From positions 1 through 53,068 of IMG/VR virus record IMGVR_UViG_3300005298_000141: a stretch of DNA of 53,068 nucleotides, one strand, 5' to 3'. This DNA is from a virus. Taxonomy: Duplodnaviria > Caudoviricetes. Shown one piece after another: positions 18,429 to 27,216 of this stretch (positions are counted from its first letter, which is position 1; the number at the start of each line of letters is the position of its first letter). A program made the position numbers and the translations under genes. The notes beneath the pieces are model-generated. The model was not told the origin of the DNA. It searched no databases and was given only the letters and a program-made list of their open reading frames with translations.

Positions 18429-19663
18429 TTAACGCGATGAAGAACAGAAAAGGCATCATCGCGTTCTCGGCGCCAACAGGCGCCGGAAAGTCCGGAATGT
18501 CGCTCGCCGCTACAAGATGCCTGAACCTTACTACGGTCATTGCGGTTCCCACCATACAACTTGCCGAGCAGTGGAAAAAAATGCTCGGCGTGAAGCAGAG
18601 CATTTACGGGAGGCAGAACTACCCATGCGAACTGGGCGGCACGGCCGCCGATGCGCCTTGTATCGGCGGTATCCCTTGCTTATTCAAACAGTCGTGCGCC
18701 TACTTGAAGGCCCGCTATGAGTGCTCAAAAAGCGTTGAGTTCGTGACCACGCACGCGTTTCTACTTGCCGCAACCATTGCCTATGACCCTATTATTCAGA
18801 ATAGACTCGTCATTATTGACGAGTCCCACTTGTGGGAAAAAACTGTTGAAGACGCGCTCACACCAACAGACCAGGAACGTTCTCTACTCCTTTTGTATCC
18901 CACTTCCGGTCAGATAAAGAGTGCTATCAAAGAAGCAGCGGAGACGAACGACAGAGTAAGAATCCAGACACTTGCAAAGATTCTTAAGATTGCCCTGGCA
19001 GGTGAAAGGGGCATCCTGAAAAACGGCACCATTGACCATGGGGCATTGTTAAGGCTATACCCAAAAGTGCTCCTGATGTCGGCCACGGTTCCAGATTGGC
19101 AACTTGCACTGGCAGGCAGGACTGTAAGAATGGGCGTGGAAATTCCGGCGAAACAGCGACCAATCTTCGTTCAGCCTGTGGGAGCGCTGACCGGTGATAA
19201 TTGTCTGTCTTATGCCGACCACATCGCCGCAGCGGTTGAGAAAATTTCCAGGCGGCACGGCGGGGTGGGCATCGTCCACACCGGAAATACCAGACTGGCG
19301 GAAGCAGTAGCAACAGCGCTGAAAAAACGACTGAACGGAAGAGTTGTCGCTGCATTTGGGAAAGGAAGAACAGAGGCAATAGAAACAGCCCGGCTTGGCG
19401 GAGATAAAATCATTGTGTCTCCGTCCATGACGATGGGAGTTGACTTCGCCGCCGCAAAATGGCAGGTGGTGGCGAAAGTCCCTTTCCCGAAAAAGGGGGA
19501 CGGCTCACTTGAAGACGCCGTGACAAATTTTGTTCAGGCATACGGGAGACTCGTGCGGTCTCCCGAAGCAACAGGCGTTACATACGTACTGGATGCCAAT
19601 TTCCGCTTGCTGGAGGAACATCTGCCTGAATATGTGAGACAGGCAGTGTTCTGGATGAAGTAA
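18341..19663 (+). CDS. DinG/XPD-like SF2 helicase
   Basis: Q motif PRPGQ, APTGAGKS, Cys cluster after GRQNYPC, DESH, MSAT, QAYGRLVRS. GGAGG SD precedes ATG 18341. Confidence 0.9.
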   Translation: MAGKTIGERAIAKLGWRPRPGQAEAVSELINAMKNRKGIIAFSAPTGAGKSGMSLAATRCLNLTTVIAVPTIQLAEQWKKMLGVKQSIYGRQNYPCELGGTAADAPCIGGIPCLFKQSCAYLKARYECSKSVEFVTTHAFLLAATIAYDPIIQNRLVIIDESHLWEKTVEDALTPTDQERSLLLLYPTSGQIKSAIKEAAETNDRVRIQTLAKILKIALAGERGILKNGTIDHGALLRLYPKVLLMSATVPDWQLALAGRTVRMGVEIPAKQRPIFVQPVGALTGDNCLSYADHIAAAVEKISRRHGGVGIVHTGNTRLAEAVATALKKRLNGRVVAAFGKGRTEAIETARLGGDKIIVSPSMTMGVDFAAAKWQVVAKVPFPKKGDGSLEDAVTNFVQAYGRLVRSPEATGVTYVLDANFRLLEEHLPEYVRQAVFWMK

Positions 19664-19687
19664 CAAATCTTACAAAGGAGGTCCGAC

Positions 19688-20269
19688 ATGCCAGTAAACC
19701 TTGCCGTAATCAAATCAACACAGGTAATCGGGAGAATGGTAGAACTTGCCGAAACCACGCAGACCTTCCAGGATGGAAGGACCAGGCAGGTCATCAGTCT
19801 TGTCGTACACTGCGTGGACGGTCGGGTGCTCAGGGACACCATCGGCACTGCTTTGCAGTCGCCGAAGTACCGGGAGTTCCGTGCTGCGGCGGTAGCCATA
19901 ACCGAGGAGCACGGTGAGGAAGCCCTCCTGGGACCGCTCTTCTGGGAAAACCGGTACAAAGAAGGGTCTGAGCCCCGATTCTCGTACTCGGTATGGGTCC
20001 CCGTTGGAGTTGCAGAGCCGACTGCTGATGAGGAGGACCTCAACATGACCCTTGACCTCATGCAGTTCGGCCAGCCGTCCAGTGACTCCCCCATACCCAT
20101 ACCCAGCGCGATGGAAGAGGCATTCGCGACAACAGAAGAACGCATCAGTCGCCTCAAGAAGTATGGGGGCATCATCGGCTGGTGTGTCAGGCTGTCGGCC
20201 CTGGGACTGATTGACGGCGCCGTCCAGGACGATGCCTTCCACATCACCGCTTTCAACTTCTCCGCTTAA
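19688..20269 (+). CDS. hypothetical protein (possibly SSB-like OB fold)
   Basis: AAAGGAGGT SD, position after the helicase, beta-rich N-terminus. Function is a weak inference. Confidence 0.6.
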   Translation: MPVNLAVIKSTQVIGRMVELAETTQTFQDGRTRQVISLVVHCVDGRVLRDTIGTALQSPKYREFRAAAVAITEEHGEEALLGPLFWENRYKEGSEPRFSYSVWVPVGVAEPTADEEDLNMTLDLMQFGQPSSDSPIPIPSAMEEAFATTEERISRLKKYGGIIGWCVRLSALGLIDGAVQDDAFHITAFNFSA

Positions 20270-20284
20270 AACAGGAGGTGCAAG

Positions 20285-21046
20285 ATGGCCGGGACTACAC
20301 CTGCGAGGAAGAAAAAGAGTGCCGTTGATGCTCTGGGTGAAAACTACCCGATGGAGCAATTCGCTTCTCTGGTCCCAGACGGAAGCACGTACTGCGTCCT
20401 TATAAAGCCGGACGGGAAGCAGGCGTTTTTCGCCAGCATTGAGGAGGCGCGGGCGGCCGCCCGCGCCTCCGGCGGCACGCTTGTCGTCCGGCCCACTCGC
20501 GCCGGACTGCGCGCCATCGGTGCGGCAATCCAGGTCGGAAGCGAATCAGTGGGAAACACGTCCGTTACCGTGTCCCCTGTTGGCAATCTTTCCGCGATGA
20601 CCATAGCAAACAACTATATGTCGCTCACGCTTATTCTGTCACCGGAAGGTCAGGTAACCAGCGCAATCGCGGCTATTGCCCTTCAAGCCGGAGACCGGGT
20701 TATCCCCTCGGTTGGGATGGCATCGCGGGAAGAGCACGAGGGGAAACCGGTCCCACAGCACCACGTTCCGATGAAGGCCCTTACACGGGCGATTAACCGA
20801 GCCCTGGAGGACCTCACCGGAGCAATTAACGTAGCAACAGAGCGGGTGGAAAAGCAACCGGCCCCGTCCGTAGTGCTGCTCAATGCCGCGAAGTCTCGTG
20901 GAATCACTCCGGCCCAGGCAAGCGCCATGCTGAAAGAATCTCTGGGGGTTTCCATTACGGAGGTGACTTATGAGCAACTTGAGCAAGCGATTTCAATCAT
21001 TGAAAGCGCTGAGCCAGGCGGAAGCAGGGAGAGCGGCGGCGATTAA
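20285..21046 (+). CDS. putative ssDNA-annealing/recombination protein
   Basis: GMAS...MKALTRAINRAL is reminiscent of phage ssDNA-annealing proteins. Replication-module context. Function tentative. Confidence 0.5.
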   Translation: MAGTTPARKKKSAVDALGENYPMEQFASLVPDGSTYCVLIKPDGKQAFFASIEEARAAARASGGTLVVRPTRAGLRAIGAAIQVGSESVGNTSVTVSPVGNLSAMTIANNYMSLTLILSPEGQVTSAIAAIALQAGDRVIPSVGMASREEHEGKPVPQHHVPMKALTRAINRALEDLTGAINVATERVEKQPAPSVVLLNAAKSRGITPAQASAMLKESLGVSITEVTYEQLEQAISIIESAEPGGSRESGGD

Positions 21047-21374
21047 GCAAGCCCATCAACTGCTGATTACCGTTACCTCAGCGAAGGTGCTGGGGGCCGA
21101 GTGGGACCCGTTCTGGAACGCCGTTATCTTCATCACAGATGACGAGAACGTTTTCATGGTAACTCTTAACGACGACCCTGGCGTTGGGATACTCGTCAGA
21201 TGCAAGACATGCCGTGCGCTATTTTGGGTCCGGGTTAACGCGACGAATCTGTTTTATATCTCACGCGGCCATATACCGCCGAATACACACAGGTGCGGCC
21301 AGAGTGTGCCCGTAATACCACCGCACACCCGAGACACCATCAGGCAAGTAAACGTCCCAGAACTCCAGGCATGA
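20970..21374 (+). CDS. hypothetical protein (CxxC)
   Basis: GGAGGTG SD. RCKTC motif. Confidence 0.65.
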   Translation: MSNLSKRFQSLKALSQAEAGRAAAIKQAHQLLITVTSAKVLGAEWDPFWNAVIFITDDENVFMVTLNDDPGVGILVRCKTCRALFWVRVNATNLFYISRGHIPPNTHRCGQSVPVIPPHTRDTIRQVNVPELQA

Positions 21375-21383
21375 GGGGGAAAC

Positions 21384-21653
21384 ATGACAAAGCGTGTCCC
21401 ATCCAAAGATGAACTTGAGCAGGATTATATAGAACTGCTATCCGTCAGAAGAGTGGCGAACAAGCATGGAATTTCTCACTCCACAGTGTGGAAACGGATT
21501 GGGCCAGTGCTCGGGAAGAAATCCTCTGTCAGACGCCACCTGGCGGAGATACCGAAAGGCGTCTCCGTCCGTGAGTGGGCCAGAATGAACGGTGTATCCC
21601 CGTCAACCGTATGCTACTGGAGGAAGAAATGCCAACAGTTGAATTCACGATAA
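21384..21653 (+). CDS. tandem HTH DNA-binding protein
   Basis: SVRRVANKHGISHSTVW and SVREWARMNGVSPSTVCYW. Confidence 0.8.
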   Translation: MTKRVPSKDELEQDYIELLSVRRVANKHGISHSTVWKRIGPVLGKKSSVRRHLAEIPKGVSVREWARMNGVSPSTVCYWRKKCQQLNSR

Positions 21654-22180
21654 GGAAAGCATCGCGCTCACTGGTGGTCCTGCTCAACACAGTTAAAATT
21701 ATATCTGTAGGAGGATTCGGGCGGGTAAAACGGTATCACGCCGATTTGACTGCCGACGCTACCATACTTGCCCGCCTCGTGCAGGAGCACGGTGTCGGCC
21801 CACTCTGCCTCGCCGCGACGGTGGGGCCGGGAATCGTTGCATGCAATCACGATGGCGACCTGGTCATCGCGTTCATCCGCGAAATGCATGGCTGGTCAAT
21901 CAGATTCCCGACCGGGCGCAAGGTTAATCTCCTGAGAGGGGAAAGCAGGCTGATTGAAGAAGCATTGCGTCCACTGCTTCTTCGCGACACATTCACCATA
22001 GCAGAACCGGATTCGGAACTACCAGACGCCGTCCGCGAAAAATATGACGCCGTGCTTGAAGCGGCAAAGATTCTGGGCGGCGTTGCCAGATATGCTAATT
22101 CAGAGAAAGCAGATGCCGCAATCGGTGAGGCGATTGCGCTTGCTCTGCATGCGCTCAGGGAAGCAAAACTCGTTGTGTAA
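21629..22180 (+). CDS. hypothetical protein
   Basis: ORF 21575..22180, likely starting at ATG 21629 behind GGAGG. Confidence 0.7.
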   Translation: MPTVEFTIRKASRSLVVLLNTVKIISVGGFGRVKRYHADLTADATILARLVQEHGVGPLCLAATVGPGIVACNHDGDLVIAFIREMHGWSIRFPTGRKVNLLRGESRLIEEALRPLLLRDTFTIAEPDSELPDAVREKYDAVLEAAKILGGVARYANSEKADAAIGEAIALALHALREAKLVV

Positions 22181-22191
22181 GGAGAAAAGCC

Positions 22192-22656
22192 ATGCGAGCG
22201 GCCCTGTATTTTCCCGTTACCCTCATGCTAATTGTCGCGCTGGCCGCACTGTCGGTGTGGGCAGTGTGGGCCATCAATGGCATGCGCGTGTATGTTGCAG
22301 ATGTGGGCAACATAAACACAGATGTCATTGTGAACGACGCCGGGCGGTTAACACACCTCATGAAAGACCACGTTCATATCACGGCGTGGCTTGTGGTAAA
22401 AATCGCGCTTCGGCTGGGTGCCAACTACAATACGTACTTCTGTCCGCCCGGCAACGGATACCAGCCACGCGTGGTGGTGGTGGTGTCCGATGAGACCGAC
22501 ACCTACTGCGCCCTGGCGATTATTCGTGCTATCCCGAACGCGGACGGGACGAATAGTTTGATTACATCGTTCTGCAGGCCATGCGCGAAGGTCGCCTCAA
22601 TGCTGAAGCGTGATTCCTGTGTGCCAATCACAAGAATCAAGTTCATCTTTCCATAA
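22192..22656 (+). CDS. membrane-anchored or secreted Cys-rich protein
   Basis: N-terminal hydrophobic helix. AAGGAG SD. Confidence 0.75.
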   Translation: MRAALYFPVTLMLIVALAALSVWAVWAINGMRVYVADVGNINTDVIVNDAGRLTHLMKDHVHITAWLVVKIALRLGANYNTYFCPPGNGYQPRVVVVVSDETDTYCALAIIRAIPNADGTNSLITSFCRPCAKVASMLKRDSCVPITRIKFIFP

Positions 22657-22667
22657 GGAGGTGAGTC

Positions 22668-22922
22668 ATGGATTACCTGCTGATAGTTGCACTAACCGAA
22701 TTGGTCAAGTCGGTTGTCCGGCATTACGTCCCGGACGCGCCAGACTGGTGTTGGCCGGTCGTGGCGATTGCCTTCGGTGTGGGCCTGGCCGTAGGCCAGT
22801 ACGGGCTTACCTGGCAGGCCGTTATGGATGGCCTTGTGGCCGGTCTTACCGTGACCGGCCTGTACAAGGCAAGTACCCACCTGGCTACCCGGATTGGCAA
22901 TGGACGTTGCGGAACTGCTTGA
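22668..22922 (+). CDS. holin-like membrane protein
   Basis: 84 aa with 2-3 hydrophobic segments, a ...GLVAGLTVTGLY pattern common in small holins, and a basic C-terminus. Confidence 0.7.
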   Translation: MDYLLIVALTELVKSVVRHYVPDAPDWCWPVVAIAFGVGLAVGQYGLTWQAVMDGLVAGLTVTGLYKASTHLATRIGNGRCGTA

Positions 22923-23274
22923 CCACTATTGCGACCTGCACGAGCGCCTGGAGGCCGTTGTCGCAGAAGCACAGGAGAAACGTGAAGCGGCAATCCCGCC
23001 AGAGGTAAAAGCCGCAATCATGGCGATTGACGAGGTTTACCAGCCGGTCATTCATGCACTGGAAGAAGAAATTCGCGTGCTGAAGCAACAGATAGAGGCT
23101 GGAGTGTTGGCCATTGGCCAGACCGTCAAGGCCAACAAAGCGATTGCGGTGTACAACAGGGGGCGAGTGGCATGGGATACCCAGGCATTGGAGGGATATG
23201 CGGCGGCCCATCCGGAAATCTTGCAGTTCCGGAAAGAGGGCAACCCGTATGTCACAATCCGGTGGACAAAGTAA
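22894..23274 (+). CDS. coiled-coil phage protein (Gam/gp157-like architecture, tentative)
   Basis: Helical N-terminus followed by GRVAWD...FRKEGNPYVTIR. Confidence 0.6.
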   Translation: MAMDVAELLDHYCDLHERLEAVVAEAQEKREAAIPPEVKAAIMAIDEVYQPVIHALEEEIRVLKQQIEAGVLAIGQTVKANKAIAVYNRGRVAWDTQALEGYAAAHPEILQFRKEGNPYVTIRWTK

Positions 23275-23275
23275 A

Positions 23276-23358
23276 AGCCGGGCACAGAAATTATTGATTC
23301 TGGCCCGGCTCCCGCAAGACAACAGGCGGCGCCTGCAAAGACGCCGCCTGTTGCTTTT
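23276..23358. terminator. twin hairpins / bidirectional terminator where the two arms converge
   Basis: AGCCGGGC...GCCCGGCT and AACAGGCGGCG...CGCCGCCTGTT followed by GCTTTT. Confidence 0.75.
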
Positions 23359-23373
23359 CTACCTCTTGCTTTT

Positions 23374-23694
23374 TCACCTCAGTATCAGACCCATTACCGC
23401 TGTGATTATTGCCACTATCAGAGTTGATAGCACTATCTCCAGCACTTTTTCTATTCGTCGCAGTCCCTGCTCCACTCTGGTGAGTCGCGATAGAATGCCT
23501 CTGTCATCCACGAATATGCGCTCCTCCAACATGCTTAATCGGTTCACCAGGCCATCCCCATCACCACAGGTCACCACCCACAGTTTTGCCGTTGTGGTAT
23601 TCAGTTCATCTACGGCATTGACCAGCCTGACTAACTGCTGGCTAAGGGAATCCAGCCTGGCCAGAGCCTCAGCAAGATGGCTTTTTGACTCCAT
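23374..23694 (-). CDS. coiled-coil protein with C-terminal TM (XhlA-like lysis protein, tentative)
   Basis: RLTRVEQ coiled coil then IVLSTLIVAIITAVMGLIL. Last gene of the late operon. Confidence 0.6.
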   Translation of the reverse strand: MESKSHLAEALARLDSLSQQLVRLVNAVDELNTTTAKLWVVTCGDGDGLVNRLSMLEERIFVDDRGILSRLTRVEQGLRRIEKVLEIVLSTLIVAIITAVMGLILR

Positions 23695-23705
23695 CGCCCA
23701 CCCCT

Positions 23706-24431
23706 TTACGGAGACCAACTGGCGCCACCGGGCATGTAGAGAGTGGGAGCCACCCACGCAACCGGAAGGTCAGGGGTACCTCCCGTCAATACCAGGTCGT
23801 TGCCATACACCTCCAGCCCGGCCACGTAGGACCCGTCACGGCAAAGCCATTTAATCCCACCAACGGATGTATGAAGCAGTCTCCCACCACTATCTACTAC
23901 AAAAATATCACAACTGTAGTAATACGTCCCGCTGGAATTTTTCAGTAAGAATGAGCCAAAATACGGCGCTCCAGAGAGATAGATTGCCGCGCCAGTCGGC
24001 ACATACCGCACGCTGGCCGAAGTCCAAACACCACTATCCAATATTCCAATTAACTCATTCGTGTCTGCCTTTGCCCAAAACATCGTGGCATAATTGGTAC
24101 TGCTCTTGATGACTATAGCACATGCGTCGGCATTTGCCACAAACCACCAGTTGCCAAACGAATCGGACACGGTGGGAGCGCTCGTAACCGTGACCTGGTT
24201 GGACAGGCTGCCACCCCCTGTGTGCGAGTCGCCGTAGTAGAACGCGGGCCGCTTTTCGGTATCATTGTTCAACGTCATTTTCTGCACTTTAGCGGACCGG
24301 TTGAAACTCCACACCAAAGTGCCCGCCACGTTGTACAGCACCGTAGGCTCCATACCGCATTGGTCCATTGCGCTAATCAGCGAGTTCTGCAATGAGAGTC
24401 GGTCGCTTGTGTTAAGAGCGAAGTACGCCAT
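23706..24431 (-). CDS. putative tail-tip/receptor-binding accessory protein
   Basis: Follows the tail spike gene. Beta-rich, G/S/T/Y-rich. Confidence 0.6.
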   Translation of the reverse strand: MAYFALNTSDRLSLQNSLISAMDQCGMEPTVLYNVAGTLVWSFNRSAKVQKMTLNNDTEKRPAFYYGDSHTGGGSLSNQVTVTSAPTVSDSFGNWWFVANADACAIVIKSSTNYATMFWAKADTNELIGILDSGVWTSASVRYVPTGAAIYLSGAPYFGSFLLKNSSGTYYYSCDIFVVDSGGRLLHTSVGGIKWLCRDGSYVAGLEVYGNDLVLTGGTPDLPVAWVAPTLYMPGGASWSP

Positions 24432-24434
24432 TTC

Positions 24435-26264
24435 TCACCCCGGAACATTGGAAAGTGTGAGGTTAATACTGACCGTGCTGGACTCGGTCTGAGTTGACGC
24501 TTCCATAGGCGACAGCGATAAAGGAAGCGAAACGCTCAATTGCGGCGGGTCCAGCCAGACAATCTTGCCCTGACTTGCGCTCCAACCCAGGACAAACCCG
24601 TCCTGCGGTGGAGTGGAAATATCCACCGGCCAGGGACCAATCTGGTCCGCTTTCTGGTAGTCGGCCAGTCGTCCAGACAGACCGTTAACGTTGATTTCGT
24701 CAGTGCCGCCATCCTCGTGAGTCGTGTGGTGCGGCTCACCACTACCACCGCCAGGTAATTCGTCAAGCGGAAGCGGGCGCCATCTGTCTTCCGTCCATAC
24801 AAGGACAGAGGGCGCCAGTGGCTGATAGGGGATATTCAGGTTGTAATAGTCACAGGTTATCCCTTCGTATATGAAGTTTCCTGGTGACCCACCCGAGTGA
24901 CGAATTACGCCATACCCCGCCATACCACCCAGGTAAGTGCTGTTCAACTCGGCCTCAGCCCCATCAAGCCCCAAATTCAGGATTTTGCTGAGGTTCGCTC
25001 GCACTCTTAACCCAGATTGCTCATGGGATTGTACAAGGAATATGTTGCTAAACCAACACTCCAGGAACGACTCGTCTTGCATGCGGAGTCGGCCGCAATT
25101 GACGTTGGTCAAACGAACATCTGCTGTGCCGGTAAGCAATACTTGATTGGACGCGAGTCCGGAGATTCTTACATTGGTCAGATACACAGTACCGTTGCTT
25201 ATAGAAAATACGGGGTCTGAGTCACTGGAAATAAAGGTGCCACCAGGGACCAGCCCGATGATGGTGACGTCGTTGGTAATGGCGATTGCTTCGTTGTACT
25301 GCCCGGGTGGGATATAAACAACCCCACCGGCGTTAACTGCCTCCTGGATGGTGTCGTACTCAATTATCTCGCCATTTACCACCCTAAACGGCCTGAGCGG
25401 ATAGCCGCCCCCGCCAAGTTCAGGAAGTGGTTCTGGCAACCAGCACCCCAGACTTGGGCGATAAACCAGGTACGAGTCAACTTCTGTTGCCCAGGGGATA
25501 TTGTAATTTCGGTACTGTTCAGAGGGAAGGAAGTCGGCCGGGGAACCGCCGGAATGGTGGATTGTAATAGCACCGCTAAACGTGCCCAGGTAGGAATTAA
25601 AAAGAGTGACAGTAGACGGACTGTCACCACCAATCAGTTCCAGAATAAAGCAAAACCTGGCATCCAGCACGTTGGTCGTCGCGCTTGAGTTAATGGTCAG
25701 GGTGTAGCAGCGAACAAAATTGAAATACACCCAGCCATCGCTTATGTTAATTTCCACACTGTTCGTTTCCACGTCGTCTATAATGGCGTATTCGCTGCCC
25801 TCGTCAAAACGAATTGCTGTCCCGCTACCCGCCTCAATCCAGAATCCAGTAATCCGGCATCGGCTGGTTACAGTCACTACGGGGCCATCAGGATGGGTAA
25901 TCCGGCATCGTTTCCCACCAATGGCAACCAGATTGACCTGCTTATTCACCACAATCTGCTCGTTGTAGCCAGACGTGCCGGACGGCGGCGCCGGGACATA
26001 GATGACATCGTCAGCAGACGCAGCATCAATAGCGGCCTGAATGCTATCGTATTCCACTACTCCGTCAGAGGTTACCCTGAATGGCCTGGTCGGGAATGAG
26101 CCGCTGCTCCCGCCCCCACCCGGTCCAGTGATAATTTGACCACTCAGGTACCGGAGGTACTCCCCATCCACAAATGCTTCCGAGCGGAATGGGATACCGT
26201 CCAGTTCCAGCGGCGCGGAAGGGGCAGAGATAATCACATGCTTACCAATCCCTATCTTCCCCAT
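24435..26264 (-). CDS. tail spike/fibre with two pectate-lyase-like beta-helix modules
   Basis: YDSIQAAIDAA...VIYVP and YDTIQEAVNAG..VYIPPG beta-helix caps. Tail module position. Confidence 0.75.
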   Translation of the reverse strand: MGKIGIGKHVIISAPSAPLELDGIPFRSEAFVDGEYLRYLSGQIITGPGGGGSSGSFPTRPFRVTSDGVVEYDSIQAAIDAASADDVIYVPAPPSGTSGYNEQIVVNKQVNLVAIGGKRCRITHPDGPVVTVTSRCRITGFWIEAGSGTAIRFDEGSEYAIIDDVETNSVEINISDGWVYFNFVRCYTLTINSSATTNVLDARFCFILELIGGDSPSTVTLFNSYLGTFSGAITIHHSGGSPADFLPSEQYRNYNIPWATEVDSYLVYRPSLGCWLPEPLPELGGGGYPLRPFRVVNGEIIEYDTIQEAVNAGGVVYIPPGQYNEAIAITNDVTIIGLVPGGTFISSDSDPVFSISNGTVYLTNVRISGLASNQVLLTGTADVRLTNVNCGRLRMQDESFLECWFSNIFLVQSHEQSGLRVRANLSKILNLGLDGAEAELNSTYLGGMAGYGVIRHSGGSPGNFIYEGITCDYYNLNIPYQPLAPSVLVWTEDRWRPLPLDELPGGGSGEPHHTTHEDGGTDEINVNGLSGRLADYQKADQIGPWPVDISTPPQDGFVLGWSASQGKIVWLDPPQLSVSLPLSLSPMEASTQTESSTVSINLTLSNVPG

Positions 26265-26265
26265 T

Positions 26266-27198
26266 CTATGGCTCCTGATAATTCTTCACGATGCCGTCGC
26301 CGGAGATTGTACCGGAAAACACAGAGTTAGCAAAATCCAACACGACCCCTGCCGGTACGGTAATGTTTGCAGAGAACTCGGCTGTAGGTGTGATAACCCG
26401 GTCACCGGCTATGGCGTCCGATAGAGCAGCAACCAGTCCGCTATCGGTCGCTTCATAGAAACTGACGCTGCCCGACAAAGCAATCCGGCGAATGGAGTTC
26501 AGCCGGCCCGCGACTTCCTGAATCTGTTCTAACGCAACAGGAGCGAGAGTAGGCGGCAACTCGCGAATATCTAATATGTCCTGCCAGCCAACTGACGTTG
26601 CCCCTGGCGCGAGCCGAATCAGCGCCAGTGGTACTGAGCCCACCGGGATTTCCGGAATAAATTCTGATGATACGGCCTCCGGCAAACATGTCTCAAGATT
26701 GAAGCAGACCAGGACATATCTTGTGCTCTCACCGATGTGAGGTTGCAAATCAACAAGCATTACGGTGAGCAGTTGCCTTATCCGCAAGTCTTTCCCAATA
26801 ACCGTGCTGGGGAACACTCGCACCCAGAGGCTTGGCGGGACAGTTGGCGCCACCAGAAGTGGGGTGTATTGCTCTTTCTTAAGCCAGACAACATCATCTC
26901 CCCCACCCTCGCGTGCGAACTCATGTGCGTCATGGTGGCCTGGGACGTAGTGGACATTGCCCAGGCTGGGCATCGCCAGGTGGTCCAACCCGGTGACCAC
27001 CCAGGCCGACGCTCTGAACTCCACCACAACCGGCAGACCTATCCGGGCCGGAAGCGAATAGTTCAATGCCCGAATCACGCCATTACTGGTCCTGACCAGG
27101 ACCACGTTTCTCTCTACTACATCGGTGATGACCCCGGTCAGGTGAGTGCCCTCATTGGCGAGAGCGTCGGCAATTATTCCTGCGGTATGAATCAGCAT
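26266..27198 (-). CDS. minor tail/baseplate protein
   Basis: Position in the tail module. HHDAHE motif and VPLALIRL pattern. Confidence 0.65.
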   Translation of the reverse strand: MLIHTAGIIADALANEGTHLTGVITDVVERNVVLVRTSNGVIRALNYSLPARIGLPVVVEFRASAWVVTGLDHLAMPSLGNVHYVPGHHDAHEFAREGGGDDVVWLKKEQYTPLLVAPTVPPSLWVRVFPSTVIGKDLRIRQLLTVMLVDLQPHIGESTRYVLVCFNLETCLPEAVSSEFIPEIPVGSVPLALIRLAPGATSVGWQDILDIRELPPTLAPVALEQIQEVAGRLNSIRRIALSGSVSFYEATDSGLVAALSDAIAGDRVITPTAEFSANITVPAGVVLDFANSVFSGTISGDGIVKNYQEP

Positions 27199-27216
27199 GG
27201 CTACCGGTGACGGGTG

